A stretch of DNA of 63,912 bases, filler included, from Parasitella parasitica NRRL 2501 (lineage: Eukaryota > Fungi > Mucoromycota), in the NCBI GenBank assembly GCA_025201805.1. It is 14 parts of 14 records of this genome, joined end to end, with 100 filler letters (N's around TTAATTAATTAA, not from the genome) between each part and the next. Parts side by side here need not be neighbours in the genome. Positions count along the whole stretch, not along the records: positions 34,451 to 48,417 come from MU619333.1; positions 48,518 to 50,812 come from MU619508.1; positions 50,913 to 52,919 come from MU619262.1; 11 more parts are not named here. One strand, written 5' to 3'. Position 1 is the stretch's first letter; each line of letters opens with the position of its first letter. Shown here piece after piece: positions 40,701 to 51,544 of this stretch. The notes below the pieces were generated by a model. The model did not search any database. It saw only the letters and a program-made list of their open reading frames with translations, and was not told the origin of the DNA. Position numbers and translations under genes: made by a program.

Positions 40701-41899
40701 TTTCTCGGTTCTTCCTTTTGTCGATACTACAAACCTGTTTGCAGTTGCAATATTCATCTTTTCCAGCAGATCCAGCATAAAAAAGAGAAAGGAAGGGTCT
40801 TTAGCAAATCTCCTGTCCCTCATCAACAGCCGGGATTTTGCAAAACTAGCAAGTGATTCACCACGCAATGTTGCAAGCGTTACTCCGCCCCTATTCTCTG
40901 GTATATCATAGGCAAGCTGTTCCAATGGTGTTGAGAACTCTGGCAATGGTTTGGTTTTGGACATCATTGAAAAATGGCCTGAGCTTGTTGTAAATAAATG
41001 AGGAAATGAAAGCGCTATTAAACTTGGGTGCGAATATTTGATACGTTTTCCTTCGTTATCTTCTCCAATGATGAGATCCCTGAATTCTTCATTACTAGCT
41101 TCTGGATTAGTATCCTCCATTGCAAATAGAGCATTGCTCTTCCAATTGGTAGCAGATCCAATATGCTTTCTATTTTCACTGACATGATAGTTAACCAATG
41201 AATATGTAAGCTTTGGCAATTTATATCTTGCAAGAAGAGGGTTCACATTTTGTAAACATTGATATATTGTTTGAAATTTTTCTTTGTCGATTGCTTCAGG
41301 TTGTCCGCGCTGAAAATACAAACTCAATGTTCCACCGTAAGCCATTTCAGTGAATTCGTAATTATGCATGGTATTTACGGACCCTGTCATTACATAATGA
41401 CCTATTCTTCCATGTTTCATAGTTGATTTACGTGTAATTTGAGAATACAGCTTGATTGGAGATAAGACTGATCTTTCTCGATAATTTAAATCATTCATTC
41501 CAGGTACCAAATCACCTTTGTATGCAAAATATTGATAAGCAGCAGTTAGATGTAAATGCTCTCGAGTTACAAATAAAGCAATAATATACCTGAATAAGCA
41601 AACCTGACGACTTTCTCCTCTTCAGTCTTTCTATGCTTTGCGCATACCATAATAAAGTTTTTATTTCTGCCTGTTTCTTTGATGAGTGGCTGCATTTTCC
41701 AGTCAATGCAAGGTAGATCCTGAGGATTTGCAATTTTTCGATATTTCTGATCTTCTGGATAGAGCATCTTCATGCAAATGCAACAATATCCATTTGGCTT
41801 TCTACTGATAAATTTTTGGAAACTTTCTATTTGTTCCGTTTGATCATCAGTAAAAGTAGATAGGTCACTATTTTCACGTCGAAATCTGAATATAGACAT
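37732..41899 (-). CDS. Rep-helicase: HUH Y2 endonuclease + Pif1 (SF1B) helicase, 1316 aa, 4 exons
   Basis: Exons 41899-41590, 41515-40177, 40097-38951 and 38886-37732 total 3951 nt in frame with GT-AG introns. Motifs LFLTFTC, ELQDRGSPHIHLVLW, CRFGFP, YLAKYMAK, GAAGTGKS, APTGVAA, IDEYSM, GDIAQLLPV, TIHKAQ, GQLYVAMSRV. Confidence 0.93.
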
Positions 41900-41980
41900 T
41901 GAATCAATTGATGAAAAAGAAAAAAAAAGTAAGTAAAAGAAAACAAAAAAAAAAAAAAAAAAAAAATTTATTTTAAATGG

Positions 41981-42017
<37 letters not shown>

Positions 42018-42019
<2 letters not shown>

Positions 42020-42925
42020 AGCCCTCAACAATATTATCAGTATCATCAGTGTTATCAGCACCATCGGCTTCCTCATCAACAAAAATAGGCGGTGGAGCAG
42101 TAAGCTCCACAGGAAAAGGTTCATTATTATTTAAAAGCTTAGTAAGAGTCATCTCTGCATGCTCCCAGTCGACCTTTGGAACAGCAGGATTGTAGGTATA
42201 CTCAATGTCTCGTCTTCTTTCTGCAAGATTAAATCTTAATCTTGAGCGCATTATTCTCTCTGTTACGAGGACAGGATTCAGGTTTTCACCATCAATAATG
42301 ATGCCATTCTCGCCTATGAATATAATTAAAAATAAGTAAAAGTATAAAAAGCAGAATCAGGTTTTTTTCACCCACACAAATCCTCATGAAGATCGCTCAA
42401 GTAATGAGCCAAAGGCTCTTTATTCAACTTGTCCTGGCGGACATGGTGTTCATCATCAACGTTTTGCCAGACAAACTTGTACATCATGTATCTTAATTTT
42501 AACATGGAATCATTGTCATAATTATCCGCTAGCATTCTGATTGCTTCGGATGGTATAATTTCGTTGTTGTCGTCCACATTGGCGTAGGGGCGCACACCGA
42601 ATACATTCAAGCGCAAATTAATGAACGCTCTCGTGTCGTCTTCATTGGTGTAGGCGTACGCGTTTAAAGCACCTTAATTTTAGAAATTAGTCAGCTATGA
42701 TGTGCTGAATAAAGCTTTAATATCATACATACCAATGAAATGATGGCGAGTTTTTTTTTTAAAAAAACGAATAAAATAGTACATTAATGCATAGTTCTGA
42801 ATGAATAAATTTGGACGAAGTCCACTATCCATACACTTGGCCTGCAGGCTCAAGCTTCTCCCAATAACCCGAAAGAGTATCCTGTCATTCAGTGGCTGTG
42901 AATCTGTTAACTCTCCCAGAAGCAT
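42018..42925 (-). CDS. Unknown element-borne protein, 261 aa, 3 exons
   Basis: Exons 42925-42733, 42672-42376 and 42313-42018 total 786 nt and splice in frame through GT-AG introns. Acidic C-terminus. Confidence 0.75.
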
Positions 42926-44173
42926 TTAAATTTTTTTATACAAAGCAAAATAAGAAAGAAAATTTGTTATTGAAAACTTGCATGCAAACATTTATTATAT
43001 CGAGAAGAGGATCTAGCGACGAGCGTCAAGCGTTGGTAACTTGGGATCGCGAAAGAGAATGAGAACGTGAACGTACATGAAATGGCGCAATATACTATAA
43101 TCAAGGGCAAAACGTTTTATATATCCACCTCAATGCATTTGAATATAACTGCTATTATGCATATATCGTAATATATCATGCAAAATTATCACTGTAGCAC
43201 TTTTTGCACAAAGAATTAGTTGCTGTATGCGCTCCTATTATTATCAATAGCTTTAGACTTGATAGCAGCGTTACAAGTAGGATTGTGAATGATATTGTAC
43301 ATGTGCATTTGTAGGAGTATCTATCACTACTACTTGGAAAAAGTGGGCTTGAACAAGAAGTACCTCGAAAGTAGTGTAGTCAACATGTTGTATATATCCA
43401 CTGCTACAAACACAAATATCTTTTATGCAAAAGCATGCATTTTTATACAACAGCTTATTTGCATCATGTACCAGAAACTCAATACGTTGTTTTGGCAAAT
43501 AAGCACGTTGTTATATTGATCTAAATCATTATATATACAAAGATAAATGATGGTTACGTAGTATAAAATACTCGTTAATGTGTTGTACATCAATGGATAT
43601 GTTGTTGTCTGCGTCGCAATAATCTGAATGTCCTTTTATTGCCCCAAAAAACATGTAGCCTGATCACTTTACAAAACATGGACTAGTAGATATAAAATAG
43701 TATACAGTATTCAAGAACGAGTTAATGCATATGAATACATATAGTATATTCGAAAAAAAAAAACGAGTCAGTGCATATGTATGATTTCTTTATGCCGCAC
43801 ACAGACCAGTAGTTACAAACAAGCACACTGCATTGTTTATTGCTCCTAATCGCAGCTGTCAACTTTTTCAGCAGATCCTGATTGGTGAGAGCTCCGGTTA
43901 AGGCGTTCAAAATAGGGGCAAGAGTTTTGAAATGTCTGTAGGCACCTTTTCTTCTGTTCTAAAAATATAATTAATCCAAGCACTATGAATTCAATCATAT
44001 CAACATTTTTTGGATTAGTTTTTCCTCATACAGTTCAAGTGGACGACCCAACAAATCAAGTATATATTCTGCTATATGAACTGTATTCTGCGTAAGTCCA
44101 GTATATTGAAAAAAAAAAACCATCTAGATAATTATATTATATATAAGCACTTATACAAGCACAACACGTGTAG

Positions 44174-44997
44174 GCGTTACAGTGTAAAGACAGTTGTGGA
44201 TAAACAAACTTTTCTGGATGCGATAAGCAGCTATAATAACACCTGGACAGTCGAGTCATTGGTAGAGTTAAAGGAACCTCTGATTATGGTTGTTTCTGGA
44301 TCAATGAGACAGCAATCGGCGGATAGGACTTATTTAGGAGATTCTGTGGAGGAAAAGTTTCATCTGAGGGCAGTTTCCATGGCAGTTATTCCTTGCATTC
44401 CTTTTACTGCAAACAAACTAAAAAAAATGATACACCCAAACATTGCACCTATACAGCTAGAGGAAGGCCTGAAAGAAGGTTATTTTCTAGTGAATCTTTC
44501 TGCACAACAAGATTTTCAACAAGACCCAGAGTTTCATTTTTTCAATGGCTATCAACCACAGGGGGAAGCAGATGATCTTGGTATTACTACAATTTTCTCG
44601 TTAAATACATACTCAAGTTGAGTGTATAAACTAACGAACCAATATTGTTTTAGACGTCATGCTTGCTGACAGTGATGAAGAGAGCCGGCATGAAGATAGC
44701 GAAGAATTAAGGGCATCATCCACGATCCGATCTAGAAAGCAGAATACCATGAATCAAGGTGAGGTTGATGAAGAAGAAGAGTTTTTGAATACGTTTGCAG
44801 ATATATCGGGGCTTGAGCGATTTAATGATGAACCATCATCTATATCTGGGCAGATTCAGAGAGGCGGTAAGAATTATATCCTTGATACCGTTTGTCAATA
44901 CATTTTGCTCATTTTTAACGCTAAAAAGAGCCATCAACCCAGCCTTTTGAAAGACAAACAACAGAAGAAATTCTTGAAGAAAATCGAAGGTTACTAA
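44174..44997 (+). CDS. Putative OB-fold ssDNA-binding protein (core exon 44174-44580 plus acidic exon; 5' exons unresolved)
   Basis: About 55% ungapped identity to the ORF at 63403-63882 with matching intron positions. LIMVVSGSMRQQ...G..EEKFHLRAVSM resembles the SSB beta4-beta5 pattern (inference). Confidence 0.6.
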
Positions 44998-45697
44998 GTA
45001 GCATGAGTCCTGAAGCAGTGGAAGATAAAGAAAAAAATGTTGGTTTAGTAGAAAACGAAGATACAGAATGTAAGTACTATCACAAAGAAACACTTTTTTT
45101 TTTGGGGATTTTCTTTCGATGCTATTCAAATTGGCTGCATTTTACATTTTATATGGTACTGTATATATTACTTTTCATTATTGCAGTTCCTATTATGTTC
45201 AACAAAAGGTGCTCTTCATATGGTAAAGAAAGCTACTTGTGTGCATACATATAAATGTCGTGCCTCTTTTTGAACGTATTGATATAAGCTTAATAAAACT
45301 TAAATACGTGATTATAGGATGCATTAAAATCCATATATTTTGCAAATTATTAAATAGCCAATGCGCTGCTTTTATAATATGATATGCTAACAAGAAAGTT
45401 TGCTGTAGCGGAAGATTTATACCTTAAAAGTACCCCTACTGTTTTCACTAATAGAAAAGGCAAGCAGAAAGAAACTGGTGTGGAGCCTATAGCTGACGTT
45501 TAGAAAACAATCAAAGGGAAGGGACCTACAGATGTTAAGAAAAAAGACAAAGGAAAAGAGCGTGCTGATCCTATTCTGGGTCTTCAAGGAAGAGAAATTG
45601 ATAAGGAGCGTTTCCACTCTTTACTCAATGTTGGTGAGTACTAAATTGGCGTATTATACCTCACTTAATAATCAAGTCTTCTCATATGTTTTGATAG

Positions 45698-46389
45698 ACA
45701 ACAGCAGTGGTGTATTCCATAAGAAGGTATCGAAACGTATTATCGTAGACGATAGCGATGATTCTGAATATGACGATGTAAATTTTTATGATGACAATGT
45801 TTTCACTGAATTAACATATATTTGTATTGCAACACAGGAGACTCATAGAAAAAGAGCAAAGAGTAGCAGTGCATCATTGGCATCTGCAACACCATCACGG
45901 TCTCTATCGATATCTTCAGATTTGTCAAAAACAACGCTGAAATCTTCAACATACACAGTATCAGAAAATTCAATGTCGGTAGCATCAGATTCAGCAGGAT
46001 ACTTAACAGCAGAATCTCCAATATCTATAGCATCTTCTGTCACTGGAGATAGTGAAAGTATTACTTCATCAATACAATCATCATCTGAAATAGATGATGC
46101 CGTATCTTCCATGAATTTGAATTCTACCACAAAAAGACCAAGAGGAAGACCAAGAAAATCTCGTCCTCCCGTGCCTGCGGATGTCTCTCAACTTACTAGA
46201 CGGAAGCCAGGAAGACCAGGGCGTCCAAGAAAACAATCAGTTTTACGAAGTTCAACTGATCATATGGGGCCATTAGACGGTTTTTTTAAGAAGTTAACAT
46301 TTTCTCATCCTAGACCTTCTTCATCATCTTCTAGACCTTCTTCATCGTCTCCTAGACCTTCTTCGTCGTCTTCGAAAACTAATACATAA
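45698..46389 (+). CDS. Ser-rich AT-hook region, likely the terminal exon(s) of the SSB-like gene
   Basis: KRPRGRPRK and RRKPGRPGRPRK within a Ser-rich ORF ending at 46389. Confidence 0.55.
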
Positions 46390-47834
46390 AACTCCTCATT
46401 TAATCAACTGTGGAATCTGGTTTTCAACTGCGTTTGCTACACACTGCAGCTCAACAGTAAAACTACCGCAGTATCTTACGACGCTTTTAATACGTACATG
46501 AAGTTGTTTTTACTGATTTTATTCAAAGTCTGAAATGCATAAAATCATTTCAGTGTTTTTTTGTGTATAAATTAATACTCTCAACGAATTTATATATGAT
46601 ATTACTATATTTGCGTTTGACTTAAAAAACCAGGCGTCCAGTATATCTGAAGCAATTTTACCAAATGCTCTACTGCATGTAGTAACCAGCTAACAAAAAA
46701 TTTACTCGCTAGGCACACACGCTTACAATTTTGAAGGCATCATGAACGTGGTCAAACCTTATGACATTTTATACCTACTAACACACGTTAGATTAATATA
46801 CTACTTCATAAAACAATTTTATTGTAACTTCCAAGGTCTTATTCACCGAATAATGTTTTATTTGAGCATCCTAAACATTCAACATATATATAATAAAAAT
46901 TTTATGCGAACGCTCTATATAGAACCTTGAAGATAATCAAGCAGGAGGTAAAAAAGGGGCAAATAAAATCCATAATATGATCTTGCTGTATATTGTTTAT
47001 TTTCAAAAACTATTTAAAAATATACAAAAACCCATTAAAAATACAAAAGTTGTATTTATTTATTGTAAAGATTCTAAAAAGTAGATATACTCGATTGATG
47101 TTTTCTGAAAAATGTATTTTTGCTGATTTAAAGGGAAGACAAAACACCGTATCTGGACTATTTTTGCTGTCTTTATTTCGGATAATACACTCACTTTTCA
47201 AAAACTATTTAAAAATAACTAAACATTTTAGAAAAAAATTATAAAAAAAATATGTACGTATGCACCAAAGCATAAATTAAACTATTGTGCAATAAAGCTT
47301 TAAATCGAAGACAATTAAGCAGTGTAAATCATGTTCAAAGTCGAGCGAAAAAGCTTGAATTTCTCGAAACTGAACACGGTCTAACTAAAAAAGGCGATTT
47401 TTTATGCTGTAAATTTGGTTCTAATTAATAATATGTTAATATTAAGTTAAAGGTGCTTTTGTTTACAAATAATACAAATGAACGAAAACACACGAAGTAA
47501 AGGTGCATCGTAAAGATAAAATAAGGACGAAGACGGAGACAACAAAGATTAGGGGGAAGAAAAAGATGTGAATAAGAAAATGTTAAGGACGTCAGAGGCA
47601 AAAGCCCTAAGCGTGATTAAATGCTATGGAGTGGTTTTTTTTTTTGCATAATTCTTTATTCATCGTTTAATTTGGCCTCTACCCCCTCGTCAGATTTGGC
47701 TGTAAATCACAAAAAGTGAATTTATTTTATTCACTCGTTATTCACGTCTTTTGAACATCCGAATATTTTCAATCCCAATTGAATAACAGATTTATTCACG
47801 ATTTTATTTATTCATTGAGTTTTGGAAGTCGTCC

Positions 47835-48417
47835 AGTATACCTTCAGCTCTAAATACCATTGAGACATCAGGAACAGAGCTAGGGTTCTCTGCAATCAAC
47901 TGAGCTATTGACTTGAAATCATGGACAAAACAATTTATGTCATGCATAAGTGCTTGAAGGTTGATCAAGGTGGCGATGTTAAGATGCTGGTTGTGAGCAT
48001 GGCGGTTTCGAATCTCATTTCCAGAGTCGTGGATATAAATTTGAGCAAATTTAGGTGCCTCACCTTACTCCTGGATGCAAGATTCCAATTCTATTATGAT
48101 AAAGGCTGCCATGAATTTTAAATGAATAGGCGCCTACACGTGTATTGGCTACTGTCGAGTCAAGGTTACAACCTAGTGAGGTGAACCCCATAGCACTGTT
48201 GTAAGCTCTTAGGTTTGACCTAAACTCCTTGCTTTGTTTGTCTGATCCTCTCAATAAATTGGCAATCAACTCAGGCATCTCGGGCAAACATATTTACACT
48301 TGCCACAGCACAAAGAGAAATCAGGGTTTGCAATCGTGCCTCCATTCTTTTCTGATGCCCACATGCGTGCTTGACAATGGCGACAAATGCTGTTGTTCAT
48401 TCCACCAAGGTCATGGC
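47835..48417 (-). pseudogene. Canonical Helitron (5' part of the disrupted host)
   Basis: SKEFRSNLRAYNSAMGFTSLG...YSFKIHGSLYH, and LQALMHDINCFVHDFKS...MVFRAEGI adjacent to the right TIR. Confidence 0.9.
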
Positions 48418-48609
48418 NNNNNNNNNNNNNNNNNNNNNNNNNNNNNNNNNNNNNNNNNNNNTTAATTAATTAANNNNNNNNNNNNNNNNNNNNNNNNNNN
48501 NNNNNNNNNNNNNNNNNTTAAGTTAAAATACCAGTTCATAAAGTTGTAAGAAGATAGATAAAACAAAAGAAAAAGGCCAAGGAGAGCTAACAAAGAAGCT
48601 GAAATATGC

Positions 48610-49473
48610 ATTCGGTCATCACAATATGCAATGTTTTGGGCTAAGCATGCAGAAAGAAGCTAATGGAAAAACATCGCTACAAGAGGTCATCCCAACATTT
48701 GAAAGCAAACATGTACAAACAAAATATATAATTTATTCAAGTATATTGCTACTGGTGCTAGCATTATTACCACCAGCGTCTTCTTCAACATCTTGAACAA
48801 CACTTTGGTTAGAAACAGGTATTTCTTCGTCACTTTTTGCTTTCAGATTGATGTGTCAATTTCCCAACCGGAAGTCAAACTCAAGTAAACTCAATCCTGA
48901 ACACAATTCAGGAACATATCCCAATGGATCATGTTCCTTATTTATAACTCAACATGACATGTTCATGGATAATAGATACGATCTATCGTTCCATTCTCTA
49001 AATCACACCATGTCTCACACTTGTATATATCTTATCCTCCCATCAGTCCACTTAGATTCACTAGTATATAAACCATCAATTTTTCCATGTAATAAACGAG
49101 ATTTTTACCTGATTAATTCACAACCGTTTTATTTGAATAATTTCTCATTCTGATAAATCACAGATGAACATTTGTATGATCGTGCGAGCATAAATAAACT
49201 TTTACTCAAAACAGATGTGATCTTTGGAATGCGATACTTCAACGAATATTTGGTAGCAAATGTTACTACTACCAGCACAAAAAAAAACCGAAATGTCTCA
49301 GAAATAATATTATATCATTAAAAATGAGCAATCTCAACTTTTTTTTTTATAAACGCACATTCTGTGGCAAAATTATTTAAGTTCTCACAAGCACATGAAT
49401 ACTCCCATGACCCTAATAATGTTCCCATTTGAGCACATTTATGTTCACCGAGAACATCCAGGAGGCCATAGTG
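48610..49473 (-). mobile_element. CACTA element end carrying an L2 solo LTR
   Basis: CACTATGGCC terminus at 49473; homologous to 35818-36357. Confidence 0.8.
48849..49160. mobile_element. Solo LTR family L2 (inverted) with TSD CAGAT
   Basis: CAGAT at 48844-48848 and 49161-49165. Empty site CTCTCAAATGAAC at about 36048-36060. Confidence 0.92.
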
Positions 49474-50479
49474 GGGCATATTTACTTTGGTAAGAGAGAG
49501 TTTTGACATATGCTTTCTTTAAGTCATTGAGGGCAAGATTTTCAATTTTTTTCAGCATTCTTTGTACGACGTCGTCTAATTGATCCCAGTTCTTCTGCTT
49601 GTTCCACTTGCTATTGAGCTTCAACCACTCCTCTTTCGTAAAAAGATTGCGCTGACCATTTCTTTCAGGCCTATTGTTGGTTAGGTCGAGAATACTATTG
49701 AATCCTTTTGAACATTATCCAACTTGTGATATTGTTTTCCAAAGTAGAGATCTTGAGCGTGATGTTCTATTTTTGTTCCTGTTGATTGACCTGACTTCAG
49801 AATGGCATCCTTCTCAGCAGGCAGCTTCTTCTCCTTCAATACTTTCTGGCGCTTGCTTTGCCTTTCTTTTGGCTCTTCTTCAGATCTTTCATGAGTAGGG
49901 GTAGAAATTCTAAGTGAGTTGCTGCTTTCAATGTTGATGGTTATGTTGTTTCTTGGCATTTGTTAATTGTTTTTTTTGAGACGTCTGTGTTGTATCCATA
50001 TAAAGGCTACATATGTCATATTTAACTTAGTCATAATGCACGGATCATGATATTAATTGTTGGTAATTCTTTTACAAATAAGGAATAAGCTACAAGTTGT
50101 AATTGCACCTCTTGCAAGGTTCCAGGCTTATTCAAAGAATACATCTAGATCAGATCGCGGGATGTCGGGAAGACATCCTACCCAATCTTCTTTTAATGTA
50201 AAATAGAAAGATAGGTCTGTCCTGGAAATGCTGTGATTTAATAAGGTTTGACACTTCTTGTCAAACATCAGATGTTATGTGGATAAACATTGATTGGGAT
50301 ATATTTTAGTGTAAATAGAGATCATATCTTATATCAATAAAACTCTTCAGTTTTGTATCTGGTTCTATTCAGAAAGTCTTTAACATATTATTAAATGTAA
50401 GGGAAGTCCCTGCTAAATTTATCTCCTTTTTTGGACTATTTGGTCCAAACTTCAATGAAAAATGTGAGAATCCCGATAC

Positions 50480-50812
50480 TTTGATGGTTTTTTTACATGT
50501 AATAAACTGCTTGGATTTGTCAGTAGATAATTTATTTGAGTAGCATGTACCTTTCGCAATAAAACAAAATTAGCCTTGTATTTTTTACATGTTTTTACAT
50601 ATTTTTAATTGAATTTTGAAATTTGGCTGTATTCAAGCAAGTCTCGCGAAATAAATCGAACAACTTTTTGATGGTTTTTTACATTAAATATATTGCTTAG
50701 ATTTACTAGTGGATAATTTATTTGAATAGTATGCACCTTTTTAAATAAAACAAAATTAACCTTGTATTTTTTGCACGTTTTTACATATTTTTAATTAAAT
50801 TTTGAAATTTGG
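50480..50812. repeat. Tandem ~186-bp AT-rich repeat (at least 2 units, contig ends in it)
   Basis: TTTGATGGTTTTTT...TTTTGAAATTTGG at 50480-50626 and 50667-50812. Confidence 0.8.
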
Positions 50813-51544
50813 NNNNNNNNNNNNNNNNNNNNNNNNNNNNNNNNNNNNNNNNNNNNTTAATTAATTAANNNNNNNNNNNNNNNNNNNNNNNNNNNNNNNN
50901 NNNNNNNNNNNNAAAAGTGAAAATAGTGGTTGATATGTATTTTTTTTTAATAAAATAAATCGAAAATGTGAAGGTTTATATATGATCTCAAACTTCAGGG
51001 CCTAATAATAAACGAGACTTCCGGTTTGAGTCGGATTTTACTTAAGACAAGGTATCGGCAAGTCAGGACTTAATTTTACTGTCTCAAATGCAGGGAAATA
51101 TTTAGTATCTTTCACTCGATTATTAGTATCATTCACTCATTTACCTTCTAAATTTGGAAGGTTTTTGAATTTTTTGAATTTTTTCATTGGTTGAAAAAAA
51201 AATATAATTTCCAAATTTTATTTTAACGATGCACGATACTGTAAAACTATGTTTTTAAAAAATAGACAGGCCAATCATATCGTTTAAAAAATATAAAAAC
51301 AATTGAATGCCGGACCACCGGCGCAGCCGGCAATGGGGAGGGGGTTTGGGGGAGGGGTTATAAGTCATGAAGTTTTTGACATTTACTTTCTTCTATCAAT
51401 ATGCCTCCTGTTCAGACTAAACATTGCACAAGCTGCAAAATTGCTCTTTCTGAAATCTCTTTCTTCCGAAAATGTGATTCATGTCGTGTAAATAAAAATT
51501 GTTTGCCGAGTAAAACTGTAAATTGAGCAAACTTTTTTTTTCAG

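Larger units (their letters stand above)
37430..47834 (-). mobile_element. 10.4-kb TIR-bounded HUH-Rep/Pif1 (Helentron/HLE2-like) element with accessory genes
   Basis: TIRs GGATGACTTCCAAAACT (37430-37446) and the reverse complement of 47818-47834, GGACGACTTCCAAAACT (16/17 match). AGT on both flanks. Removing the element rejoins the host Helitron frame. Confidence 0.9.

Noticed and set aside
44038-44047. Internal AGTGGACGAC resembling the element terminus
   Set aside because: Only 10 bp, lacks the rest of the TIR, and lies in a probable small exon.
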